Virus record (IMG/VR): IMGVR_UViG_3300012920_000042
Location: 1-59,817 of that record
Strand: one strand, 5' to 3'
Length of the DNA stretch: 59,817 bases
Origin: a virus
Lineage: Duplodnaviria; Caudoviricetes
Part shown: piece by piece, positions 1 to 8,492 of the stretch
How the letters are laid out: every line of letters starts with the position of its first letter
Numbering within the stretch: the stretch's first letter is position 1
Notes under the pieces: generated by a model
What the model was told of the DNA's origin: nothing
The model's input: only the letters and a program-made list of their open reading frames with translations
Database searches by the model: none
Position numbers and translations under genes: made by a program

Positions 1-641
1 TGAGCAACATAATCTATTGTCTCAGTTTCACCTCTTCTAAATGTTCCGCCCTCATCAATAGTGATAACTTCAACACCTTTTGCTCTAAGGTCATTTACTG
101 CTTTGTCTAATACTGCTAACTGATCTCTGAGTCTATCAATTTGTCCTTGTGCATAGTCTATGTCTCCTTGTACTCTTGCCCATGCACCATCTCTGATTTC
201 TTCTTGTTGTTTAATACTTTCACTAACATCTAATCCGCCACCTGTTTGTAAACTAGCAATACGATCTTCAAGTATTTCTATTTTGTTTTCTTCTCTTGCA
301 ATTTGTCCATCAAGTCTTTCTACAATAGCAAAAGCATCAGCACTACTGCCTGATACTTCTTGGTGTGCTTTACTGAGATAACCGAATATGCCTATACTTG
401 TAATGAGCATTAAAAATAGTACGGCCGTAGACAAATACGTCTTTACAAGTAATGAAGTTTCTTTCCAATACCTATAAAGCCAACTAACTGTGACTAATTT
501 ACCAACTTCTAGTGCGCCTGCCATAATAGCAATACTCATTGCCGCTCCTTGGAAGAACGTCATAAGACCCACTATACTAAACCATGCGGCCACGCCTGCA
601 ATAGCCAAAGCGGTAAACAATGTTAATAATCCGAATAGCAT
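1..641 (-). CDS. Membrane protein with N-terminal TM helices and coiled coil (runs off window edge; not in ORF track)
   Basis: Minus-strand frame MLFGLLTLFTALAIAGVAAWFSIVGLMTFFQGAAMSIAIMAGALEVGKLVTVSWLYRYWK... open to the window edge; ATG 5 nt after an ATAAATA box. Confidence 0.8.
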   Translation of the reverse strand, partial: MLFGLLTLFTALAIAGVAAWFSIVGLMTFFQGAAMSIAIMAGALEVGKLVTVSWLYRYWKETSLLVKTYLSTAVLFLMLITSIGIFGYLSKAHQEVSGSSADAFAIVERLDGQIAREENKIEILEDRIASLQTGGGLDVSESIKQQEEIRDGAWARVQGDIDYAQGQIDRLRDQLAVLDKAVNDLRAKGVEVITIDEGGTFRRGETETIDYVA

Positions 642-709
642 ATACATATTTATCGCTTATCAGTGCCAGGAGTCAAGAATTCTAGTATGTGTTAATAATA
701 AATATAGGC

Positions 710-1894
710 ATGATACACTTAGAAAAGATATCTACAAAAAGATCTAAAACATACAATAAGTTACAGTATGCTTTCAGTGATGCAATGGATCACCCAGGAT
801 TAATAGGTATTTTTTACAATAATCCAGAGTTTGGTGACGAAATCAAAAAGCAATGCAAACAAAAAGGCATTGGATTTGGAGAAAGGTTTGGTGCAGAAGG
901 TGTAAGTGTTGATGCATTATTACAACTACAAGAGCCAATGGAAGACTTTTGGTTTGAAATAACACCTTTTGATTTTATGTCTCTGCCTGTAAAACAACGA
1001 GAGCAATTGATATCAATATATAATATCATTGTGTTCGACTACATAGACGGAGGCTATCACGTAGAACTTGTATTACCTAAGCAATATCTAAATGACAACA
1101 GGATACTAAATGCCAGTGGAGCAATGGATAAGTTTGGCAATGAAACATTAAACATTCCTGTGTTTCCGCATATTACATATATGGAGGCTGTTAGAACAGG
1201 AAACGTTGTTCCTGAAAGTGTAATTGACAATGTAAAGAAAAAGCAATGCTTGTTTCCAAATCATAAACCACGTCCTGGTAGACTTGCAACTTTGGCAAGA
1301 CTAGATGAACTACAAGTGTTAGATCACAATGTTGAATGGAGTCTAACTGTTAATTGGGAAGAAGAAGGACAGCATGGAGACTTTTTTAAAAGTCCTAATG
1401 TAAGTTTAGGAAGATATGGGCATTCTCTGATACAATCAGAATCTGTTAAAAAGTTTGTAAGCAGAAATAGACATGCATTACCCAAAGTATTAGAAGATAG
1501 CACAATAGAACTTTTTAAAGATTGTATACCACTTAATAAAAGATATGCTGGAAACTATACGTGGAAAATTGCTTGTGAAACTTATCCACACATTAAATTT
1601 AATACTGAAAAAACATTCAAAGGATTTATGGCTGGTCTGCCTGTTCTTACACTAGGTCCTAAGAATTTGAATAAATGGCTTACTGATGTAGGCTTTCAAA
1701 TGGAATACTCTGATCTCTATGATCATTTAGAGTTTGGTGAGGAAAGAATCGAAGCAGTTATAGATACCATGCTTTCAAAACAACCTGACTTATACAAAGC
1801 AAAAGTCAATCACAGGTTGATGCATGATGTAGAATTTTTAACAAGTTTGATTGTGAAGCCTTTGTCTGAAAGACTAGTACCTAAATATTTGTAG
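710..1894 (+). CDS. Putative glycosyltransferase-like protein (GT10/fucosyltransferase-like C-terminal motif)
   Basis: ACETYPHIKFNTEKTFKGFMAGLPVLTLG resembles the E..TEK..K motif; likely start ATG 710, 5 nt after ATAAATA (698-704). Confidence 0.5.
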   Translation: MIHLEKISTKRSKTYNKLQYAFSDAMDHPGLIGIFYNNPEFGDEIKKQCKQKGIGFGERFGAEGVSVDALLQLQEPMEDFWFEITPFDFMSLPVKQREQLISIYNIIVFDYIDGGYHVELVLPKQYLNDNRILNASGAMDKFGNETLNIPVFPHITYMEAVRTGNVVPESVIDNVKKKQCLFPNHKPRPGRLATLARLDELQVLDHNVEWSLTVNWEEEGQHGDFFKSPNVSLGRYGHSLIQSESVKKFVSRNRHALPKVLEDSTIELFKDCIPLNKRYAGNYTWKIACETYPHIKFNTEKTFKGFMAGLPVLTLGPKNLNKWLTDVGFQMEYSDLYDHLEFGEERIEAVIDTMLSKQPDLYKAKVNHRLMHDVEFLTSLIVKPLSERLVPKYL

Positions 1895-1963
1895 ACTGAG
1901 GACCTAACTCGTCAGTTAGGAATCTCTCATATTCAACACTCTTCATATATTTCTCATTGTATT

Positions 1964-2003
1964 GACAGCATTCGTTCGTCAACTAGGCCACTGTCGGGAC
2001 CTA
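1964..2003 (-). ncRNA. Candidate H-type pseudoknot in tRNA-Ser 3' trailer
   Basis: Minus strand TAGGTC-CC-GACAGT-GGCCTA-N14-GCTGTC; both stems contain G-U pairs valid only on this strand. Confidence 0.4.
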
Positions 2004-2012
2004 TTTGGTTAA

Positions 2013-2102
2013 TGGCGGAAAGGGAGAGATTCGAACTCTCGGTACAGTTACCCGTACTCTTCCTTAGCAGGGAAGTGCTTTAAGCCACTCAGCCACCTTT
2101 CC
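2013..2102 (-). tRNA. tRNA-Ser(GCT)
   Basis: Cloverleaf, anticodon arm CTTCC-CTGCTAA-GGAAG, long variable arm, GTTCGAATC, encoded CCA. Confidence 0.95.
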
Positions 2103-2107
2103 AAAAC

Positions 2108-2182
2108 TGGTACCCTGTAGGAGAATCGAACTCCTGTTGCCGGGATGAAAACCCGGTGTCCTCACCACTAGACGAACAGGGC
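2108..2182 (-). tRNA. tRNA-Glu(TTC)
   Basis: Anticodon arm CCGGG-TTTTCAT-CCCGG, GTTCGATTC, encoded CCA. Confidence 0.95.
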
Positions 2183-2185
2183 ATG

Positions 2186-2290
2186 TGTGAGATATAGTAC
2201 ACTCTGGGAAATTTAACAAGGGAAACGGCTCTTGCTACTCTGTCCTCTTACCCTAACCCAATTTACGAAATACCACTCGGATATCTCACA
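2186..2290 (-). ncRNA. Candidate structured ncRNA (long irregular hairpin) abutting tRNA-Glu
   Basis: 10-bp closing stem TGTGAGATAT/ATATCTCACA plus internal pairing; noncoding. Confidence 0.4.
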
Positions 2291-2471
2291 TGCTCTCTAC
2301 AACCTGTAGTTTATAGTCCATAAAGGTTTAGGACTCTATATAGTTTTTATTTAAAGTCACTTAACTATTAAAAAATTGACTCGCAAATTATGTTGTAAGT
2401 TTTATAGTGCAGTAAACACCCGGGCACCCGGGAAAAGTTACACTCCCCTACTCTCTCGTTTTCAGTCAACA

Positions 2472-2960
2472 CTAGTCCGAGTAACGTGTCTTCTGATGGT
2501 CAGCAAGTTCACATGTTGCACTATTGGCCTCATGCTCTCTTACTGTCACCTTTTGAACCCAGCAACGACCATCTGTTAAATCTTTAACAATACGATCTGC
2601 TTCGTCAAAAGCCTGTTCGGCAAATCTTTCACAACCTACTGCTCCAACTACTCTCAAATCTATTAGATTTTTATCTGCTAGATCTTGGAATGTTTGAAAC
2701 TCCGGGTCATCACTTGCCAATAAATATGTGTGGTCAAACATAAACTTCAACCACTCTTTAAGTGGCTTTAGTCCGCCAAAGTCTACTGCCCAGTTACGAT
2801 CATCTAATTCATCGCAACCAAATGTAAACTCAAACTGTAATGCGTAACCATGTATCAAATTGCAATGGCTGTCTGCTCTCCATTGTCTAAATGCACAGGA
2901 ATGACCTGTGTTATGTGTATAAGTTTTACCTGAATAAAATCTCTTTGGTATCATGTTCAT
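2472..2960 (-). CDS. queD: 6-carboxytetrahydropterin synthase (QueD/PTPS family)
   Basis: HCNLIHGY, WAVDFGGLK..FDH, CERFAE, VREHEANSA T-fold motifs. Confidence 0.88.
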   Translation of the reverse strand: MNMIPKRFYSGKTYTHNTGHSCAFRQWRADSHCNLIHGYALQFEFTFGCDELDDRNWAVDFGGLKPLKEWLKFMFDHTYLLASDDPEFQTFQDLADKNLIDLRVVGAVGCERFAEQAFDEADRIVKDLTDGRCWVQKVTVREHEANSATCELADHQKTRYSD

Positions 2961-2979
2961 GCCTCTAAAATATTTGTAT

Positions 2980-3008
2980 ATTATACGGTCTATTTAGACG
3001 TATGTCAA
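2980..3008 (-). promoter_or_regulatory. sigma70-type promoter with a late TAAATA box in the spacer, upstream of queD
   Basis: TTGACA-17nt-TATAAT perfect consensus; TAAATA at 2991-2996. Confidence 0.8.
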
Positions 3009-3030
3009 CCTAAATCTTAATTTTATTGGA

Positions 3031-3234
3031 TTACTTCTGATGCTTGGGTAGTTTGGCTTCAATAAACATTTCGTGTACTCTTTTAACAGGATTGTACTTT
3101 CTTAATTTAAGTTTCCTGTTTTCAGATACTAATGTTTTTGTTTTAACTGCTGTATAATGATAAGTGTGACTATCCCTAGTTTCTCCTTCAGGGATAAGAT
3201 ACACTATGGTTTTTCTTTTATCCTTTTTTGCCAT
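3031..3234 (-). CDS. rpmG: Ribosomal protein bL33 homolog
   Basis: MAKK..R.IVYL..YHYTAVK..KLKLRKYNPVKRVHEMFIEAK matches the bL33 pattern; no Zn cysteines. Confidence 0.8.
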   Translation of the reverse strand: MAKKDKRKTIVYLIPEGETRDSHTYHYTAVKTKTLVSENRKLKLRKYNPVKRVHEMFIEAKLPKHQK

Positions 3235-3281
3235 GTGTCTTACTGTTTGTGTAATGCCCTACTTGGTAGGGCAAATACGGG

Positions 3282-3779
3282 TTACTTTTTCTTTTTATTT
3301 TTCTTTTCCATTATTGCTACGGCTTTTTCATAATCACTTTTTGCAACTATACCTTCACGCAATAACTTCTTTCTGTTGGCCAAATGTTTTTGTTCGATCT
3401 CTTCTTTGCTACCTCCAAAGTATGCTACTGCATGTCCTTCTTCAATTAGCACGTCTGTGGCCATTCTTCTCTTTCCATTCTTCTCAACTTCAAAGTCACC
3501 TAAGATACGTCCAAATTTACCTTTCATATCTTCGCCGTCTTTGTTAATCTGTGTCTTGAGGATAGGTCCTGATCTTCCTGCAATAAGTTCTTTCAGTCTA
3601 ACTTTACTTGCATTGCCAAAAACTTTTTCAACTTTATCACTTGTTCTGCTTTCTGGAGTATCTATACCCATTAGCCTAACACGTTCATCACTGAGGATTA
3701 TTCCAAATCCTAAATCTATATCTACGTCTGCTGTGTCTCCATCGACAACTTTCAAGACTTTACATCTATATTCATACAT
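3282..3779 (-). CDS. Thermonuclease (SNase-like) family protein
   Basis: VVDGDT, RVRLMGIDTPES, GKFGRILG motifs. Confidence 0.9.
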   Translation of the reverse strand: MYEYRCKVLKVVDGDTADVDIDLGFGIILSDERVRLMGIDTPESRTSDKVEKVFGNASKVRLKELIAGRSGPILKTQINKDGEDMKGKFGRILGDFEVEKNGKRRMATDVLIEEGHAVAYFGGSKEEIEQKHLANRKKLLREGIVAKSDYEKAVAIMEKKNKKKK

Positions 3780-3847
3780 ACCTACTACTCCTACATAATT
3801 GTGTGTATTAAAGTAGTATTTATCGTATGTTGCTAAAAAAACACGGT

Positions 3848-4471
3848 TTAATAAATGGTTGTTTGTCTGTGAAAAACGTGATTATCTATTTGTGCAACTT
3901 TAACATAAACATCTGCCCAAAAAGGATCTGCAATTTTATCATTGTAATAGTGTGTTGCACCTGATGTTATATCTTGTATGTCATGTTTCAGTAATGCTGT
4001 GGCAACATCAAGACTGTCTTCCCAGGCTTCCATATTTTTTTGAATAATTTTTCCTGAGGAAGTTTTCAAAACTATGTCGTCACTCTTACCATCACAGAAC
4101 CAACTGAACTGACACCTATGACGTTTAGGCACCATGTTGCCTTTCCAGTTCTCTCTAAGTTCCGCTTGATATACAACTCCGCATATACTATTCGGATATC
4201 TTTCGCTGTTTACTCTGTTTAGTGTTACGTGGCCTACTGCAAATTTTCCTTCTATGCTTTCTCCACGTGCTTCGTGATATATGTTTGTGGCTAGACAATG
4301 CATTTGATCAATGTCTATTGCTTTGGCTTTTGGTAATGGTAAAGGTTTAGGAACCTGTTTTACTTTTACCTCTGCGATTTCGATTGTTGGCGCAAGTGCT
4401 TCGGAAGTCTTACTGACTATCACATTACCTGCTATTAACACCAACCCAGTTATAATAATTATTCGTCTCAT
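3848..4471 (-). CDS. Cell wall hydrolase (SleB/Hydrolase_2)
   Basis: CLATNIYHEARGES, VTLNRV, CQFSW, GATHY; N-terminal hydrophobic anchor. Confidence 0.9.
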   Translation of the reverse strand: MRRIIIITGLVLIAGNVIVSKTSEALAPTIEIAEVKVKQVPKPLPLPKAKAIDIDQMHCLATNIYHEARGESIEGKFAVGHVTLNRVNSERYPNSICGVVYQAELRENWKGNMVPKRHRCQFSWFCDGKSDDIVLKTSSGKIIQKNMEAWEDSLDVATALLKHDIQDITSGATHYYNDKIADPFWADVYVKVAQIDNHVFHRQTTIY

Positions 4472-4501
4472 TTCGGTCTCCCTAATTTGATTCTAGCAAT
4501 C

Positions 4502-4789
4502 CTATACTAGTTTTATATCAGTGGTATTCTCCTGATATGATTTAGCGATCTCCTCGTCTGTTGGTGTGTATGCTACCACTGTAGATTTATTTATTGAAAT
4601 TGTTGCTGTTTGAGATGTCATCATCCAGGGGATAATACCCAAACCTTGCTGTCCATGTGCAACTGTTCTAACCTTAGAGATGTTCAACGAATCATCATCC
4701 TCAGACTCAAACCTTGCAACTAGTTCCTCTCCACTGTTTAATTTAACAGTTACAATACTTCCTTTCTTAATGGGTTTTTCTAATAACAT
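4502..4789 (-). CDS. Sm/LSm-like fold protein
   Basis: IVTVKLNSGEELVARF resembles the Sm1 motif. Confidence 0.55.
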   Translation of the reverse strand: MLLEKPIKKGSIVTVKLNSGEELVARFESEDDDSLNISKVRTVAHGQQGLGIIPWMMTSQTATISINKSTVVAYTPTDEEIAKSYQENTTDIKLV

Positions 4790-4815
4790 ATAGTTCTATT
4801 CCGTTTTAATATACT

Positions 4816-4843
4816 ATTATATACTGTTTTAAGTTATTGTCAA
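4816..4843 (-). promoter_or_regulatory. sigma70-type promoter
   Basis: TTGACA-16nt-TATAAT upstream of the LSm-like gene. Confidence 0.7.
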
Positions 4844-4907
4844 CCTTAAATTTGGCTAAAAATACCATGTTTTGAATGTCAAAAATAGTAAGATAGTAAA
4901 TATTAGT

Positions 4908-4999
4908 ATGGACAGACTTAATTCAGTCTAACAAATTAAAAATATTGCCTCCCTCTTAGAAAAGGCTAGATAGCAGAAGAGTACTGCAATATCTGTCCA
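4908..4999 (+). ncRNA. Candidate late-expressed structured ncRNA
   Basis: Begins at predicted +1 of GTAAATA box; nested stems TGGACAG/CTGTCCA, ATATTGC/GCAATAT, CTCTT/AAGAG, GCT/AGC. Confidence 0.5.
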
Positions 5000-5033
5000 G
5001 AACTTTAATAAAGTTATGTGGCGCCACTATACT

Positions 5034-5786
5034 TTATAAAAATAGAGTTTCTTCAGTTTGTGGAATGCGATTTTCTGCAAAGTTTTCCATCAAGGTTAAT
5101 CTATCCGAACTTCCTCGACTTCCATGCACATGAACAGCACATGCTTCTTGCAAATCTATTTGATTGAATTGCTTGTTTATCCTGTTGCCTTGTATGTGCT
5201 GAGGATCATGCAATAGTTGATATGCAAGTCTTGGATTATAAACATCATCTGGTTTGATATTTTGGCTCCACAGCATTGCATTGTAAATAATTTGTTCACT
5301 ATCCCATCTTTCAGGATTCCAATTTTCTAACATTTTAAATCCTAAGTCCCAAACTTCTTGGCTCATATCTTTTGGATAGTATCTAATACCACAATTAAAA
5401 TATGTTTCGAATTTTAAATCATAATGTTCGCAAACAGTTTTAACAGGGTCTGTGAGATTATACATTCTAAATATCTCACTATTCTCAAAATAGTTTACAG
5501 GTTGAGTAAACACAACATCTAAGTCTGCATATAAAACATTGTTACCTTCTTTCCAAAGGTAATACAACTCTGAAAAGTTTTCCTTAAAAACATCTCTGAT
5601 ATTGTCTGCTTCTCCTCGGAACACTCTAATTTCATTTATGTTCTCAAGATTTTTCATTGCTGAAGAAACACAAACCTTTTCCATTTTTAAATAGTTTTCG
5701 GCAAGGTTGGCTTCGTTGGTACGATCGTTGTACCACTTAGAATTGTCTTTTATATTGTAATTTTTTAATGCTAGGAAATTAGCCAT
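5034..5786 (-). CDS. Nucleotide-diphospho-sugar transferase (GT-A fold)
   Basis: VLYADLDVV DxD motif, FNCGI, EQ..N, VHVHG. Confidence 0.7.
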   Translation of the reverse strand: MANFLALKNYNIKDNSKWYNDRTNEANLAENYLKMEKVCVSSAMKNLENINEIRVFRGEADNIRDVFKENFSELYYLWKEGNNVLYADLDVVFTQPVNYFENSEIFRMYNLTDPVKTVCEHYDLKFETYFNCGIRYYPKDMSQEVWDLGFKMLENWNPERWDSEQIIYNAMLWSQNIKPDDVYNPRLAYQLLHDPQHIQGNRINKQFNQIDLQEACAVHVHGSRGSSDRLTLMENFAENRIPQTEETLFL

Positions 5787-6423
5787 CGTGTGTCCAAATG
5801 TAAGAATTCAAATCATCTTCTTGTAATGTGTAATTCATCATGTCCATGAATTCTTTGATATCCTCAGATTCCATATTTTTGTCTTCCACAAAAATTGTAG
5901 GCTTATATTTCTTGATTGTTTTTTGAGCACCTTCTAATATTTCTAGTTCCCAACCCTCTACAACAATTTTAATAAAGTCAATGCTTTCAGCACCTTCAAC
6001 AGGATCATCTAACATTTCTTCTACAAATTTATCTAGTGTATATTCAGTTGATTGTTCTTCGCATTGATAATCTGCTGTGGTTGTAAGTGTTGAGTTTGTT
6101 TTTACTCTATCTACGTCTAGCACTCTTTCATTTTTACTACCTAGTCCTAAACCGTGTATTTCTATTTTATGTTCCCAGGTTGCTGTATTCTTTTCGAGAC
6201 ATCTAATATAGTCTTCAACAGGTTCTATAGCAATAACTCTATCAAACTCAGGTGCTAATCTGTGTGTCCAAAAACCAACATGGGCACCAACATCAATAGC
6301 AACACTATTGTTTTTAAAGAAAGGCTCTGCCATTTCGAATTCTTCTTTCTTGTATGAAGGTTTGCCTGGTAGGAATGTGTCACCTGTAGGAATATAAAAG
6401 TTTGTGTTCTTAATTTTTTTCAT
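5779..6423 (-). CDS. FkbM-family methyltransferase
   Basis: IDVGAHVG, AIEP, IDFIKIVVEGWELEILEGA. Confidence 0.85.
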   Translation of the reverse strand: MKKIKNTNFYIPTGDTFLPGKPSYKKEEFEMAEPFFKNNSVAIDVGAHVGFWTHRLAPEFDRVIAIEPVEDYIRCLEKNTATWEHKIEIHGLGLGSKNERVLDVDRVKTNSTLTTTADYQCEEQSTEYTLDKFVEEMLDDPVEGAESIDFIKIVVEGWELEILEGAQKTIKKYKPTIFVEDKNMESEDIKEFMDMMNYTLQEDDLNSYIWTHDG

Positions 6424-6442
6424 ATCGTTACCCTAATAGCAA

Positions 6443-7501
6443 CTATTTATTTGTGGCTAATGCTCTTTCATATAATTGTTGGCTAGCCAAGTTTTTAGCC
6501 TTAGCCTCACATTGTATGTCAAAGTCGTCCCAGAATGACAATGCCCAATCGTTAGCATCGTCATTTGGATAGTAGTCTGAGTGTGCTCTAAGTTTTTGTT
6601 TCTTAGCACCAGACTCTAAAAGGTCAGGTATGGAATGTAAGGAATCATGCCTGTTTCCTTCATCAATTCTGCTTGATTGATCCAGCCATTCATCTCTGCT
6701 GTAACTGTAATGTAGAGTAGGCCTAACACCGCGCCAACTATCAATGACCCTTTTAACACGGTCATCATCTGCTTGAATATATTCTTCATTTCTAATCCAA
6801 TGGTGATGTATATCTAATACAAGTGCCAAATGTTTTTCAAGTTTAAGACTTTCATCTAAGCCATGGCACATTTCATCATTCTCGATAGTAATGATGTTTC
6901 TGGCCTCAGGTGATAGCCTCGGTAATACTTCTATAAGTCCTTCAGCACCTTTCCTGCCGGAAATGTGTACATTGCACTTGAAGTCTTGGAACTCTTTGCC
7001 ATAGCCCATCCAACGTGCCATGTTCACGTGATACTCAAATTCGTCAATGCTACGTTCTACTACGTCATCATTGTCCGAAGCAAGGACACAAAACTGACCA
7101 GGATGAAAACTGAGCTTAACGTCATGCTTACGAGCATGATCACCAACTCTTCGGAATCCACGTTCAAGTTCTGAAAGAACTGTTTTATCTTCGAATACAT
7201 AACGCCAGTTAGGCTCTGTAGCCATAGGAATCTGATTGCTACCTAACCGGACCATTCTCCTTTCAGCAGGCAATGAGCCTACATAATCCACTAGATTGTA
7301 TGCACTCTGCATATTATGTCGTGCAATTTCTAGTAATCTGTCTTCAGCAACAGAACGCTCTTGTCTGTTACACCATGCAACTGTAGTCTGCCTTTCTGTG
7401 TAGTTCTGCTGTATTTCTTTGAGGATTTTGGGTTTCTGTGTTTGATCGCTGTCTAAATATTTACAACAGAAGCCAATTCTTTTAACGTTATTGTTAAACA
7501 T
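6443..7501 (-). CDS. uvsE: UV damage endonuclease UvsE/UVDE
   Basis: RIGFCCK, LSFHPGQFCVLAS, ITIENDE, LVLDIHHHW, RAHSD, EAKAKN. Confidence 0.92.
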   Translation of the reverse strand: MFNNNVKRIGFCCKYLDSDQTQKPKILKEIQQNYTERQTTVAWCNRQERSVAEDRLLEIARHNMQSAYNLVDYVGSLPAERRMVRLGSNQIPMATEPNWRYVFEDKTVLSELERGFRRVGDHARKHDVKLSFHPGQFCVLASDNDDVVERSIDEFEYHVNMARWMGYGKEFQDFKCNVHISGRKGAEGLIEVLPRLSPEARNIITIENDEMCHGLDESLKLEKHLALVLDIHHHWIRNEEYIQADDDRVKRVIDSWRGVRPTLHYSYSRDEWLDQSSRIDEGNRHDSLHSIPDLLESGAKKQKLRAHSDYYPNDDANDWALSFWDDFDIQCEAKAKNLASQQLYERALATNK

Positions 7502-7769
7502 TTTTCTTTAGTAGTCCAAGTGTTGTGTCAATTGTTTTCTTAGGATTCTCATCTTTCTCAAATATTTTAGCATCTAATACAGGCTTTGTCAATGCTTGTA
7601 GCATATAAATCATGCTGTGACTTAGCTCTTCTAAATTTTCGCCAAAAGGTGTTATTCCTTTCTCAGTGATCATGTCTGGCTGTTCGTTTTTATAGAATAC
7701 TTCATGTATTTGATAAAATTCTTCGCCATCTTCATGTGTGTGTTTTACCACACGATAGTTCCAAGTCAT
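7494..7769 (-). CDS. Hypothetical phage protein (WNYRV...HEVFY type)
   Basis: ORF with GGAG SD; first gene after a sigma70 promoter. Confidence 0.7.
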   Translation of the reverse strand: MTWNYRVVKHTHEDGEEFYQIHEVFYKNEQPDMITEKGITPFGENLEELSHSMIYMLQALTKPVLDAKIFEKDENPKKTIDTTLGLLKKNV

Positions 7770-7789
7770 ATGTACTCCTAGTTAGAACT

Positions 7790-7817
7790 ATTATACAACA
7801 TATTATCTTTATGTCAA
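7790..7817 (-). promoter_or_regulatory. sigma70-type promoter of the uvsE operon
   Basis: TTGACA-16nt-TATAAT. Confidence 0.7.
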
Positions 7818-7874
7818 TCATTAATTTTAGAAAAATATGTTATGTAAAAACATTCAATTTTAGGAATTATAACT

Positions 7875-8480
7875 ATGGCAACAGTAAAGAAATACAATTT
7901 AGCAGGTTTAAATGCTAATGTTGAACTAGGTAAACAAGGTTCTTACATCACTGGCGCATCAGGAAAAGTTGGCTTTTATGCTAACGGTGGTGCATTAACT
8001 AAGTTAGAGATTGCAGATGCGACAGCGGCCACAGAAGCAGTAACTAAAAGCCAGTTAGATGCAGTAGCGGCAGAACTTATTCAGCATATTACTTTAGATT
8101 TTGATTACGATTCAGCAGATTCAAACATTGCCAGTATCTCGGCAGGCAGTAGAATAATCAGTGTTACAGTTGATATTCCTACAGCATGGACGGCTCCGAA
8201 CAATACTGCAACATATATTGAAGTAGGCGATTCATCAAACAACAGCAGATTTATCCGAGCAGGTGATGTTGATGTGCTTAAAGCAGGTCAATACCATTCT
8301 CAATATCAATACGAATACCAAACAGCAGATAACTTACAGATTAACATTGTTGAAGGTACTGCGTCAGCAGGTACTGGAACAGTTAGTGTTGTACTAGCAA
8401 GTGATAGTGTTACAGTTACTGATTACGGTTCAATTACACAATCGCAAAATAGTAACAGCGATCTTGGTAACATATCTTAA
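7875..8480 (+). CDS. Putative virion decoration/spike protein (paralog A)
   Basis: Beta-rich; IADATAATEAVTKSQLD neck-like motif; similar to 8493-9035. Confidence 0.55.
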   Translation: MATVKKYNLAGLNANVELGKQGSYITGASGKVGFYANGGALTKLEIADATAATEAVTKSQLDAVAAELIQHITLDFDYDSADSNIASISAGSRIISVTVDIPTAWTAPNNTATYIEVGDSSNNSRFIRAGDVDVLKAGQYHSQYQYEYQTADNLQINIVEGTASAGTGTVSVVLASDSVTVTDYGSITQSQNSNSDLGNIS

Positions 8481-8492
8481 TAGGAGTTTAGT

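Noticed and set aside
1896-1926. Hammerhead-like CTGAGGA plus hairpin (CTGACGA on the minus strand)
   Set aside because: No GAAA core or stems I/III; best read as a simple hairpin between convergent units
2186-2290. Possible extra tRNA, tmRNA or SRP RNA
   Set aside because: The 5' end looks tRNA-like (CCGAGTGG) but there is no TTCRA loop, CCA end, tag ORF or SRP domain IV motif
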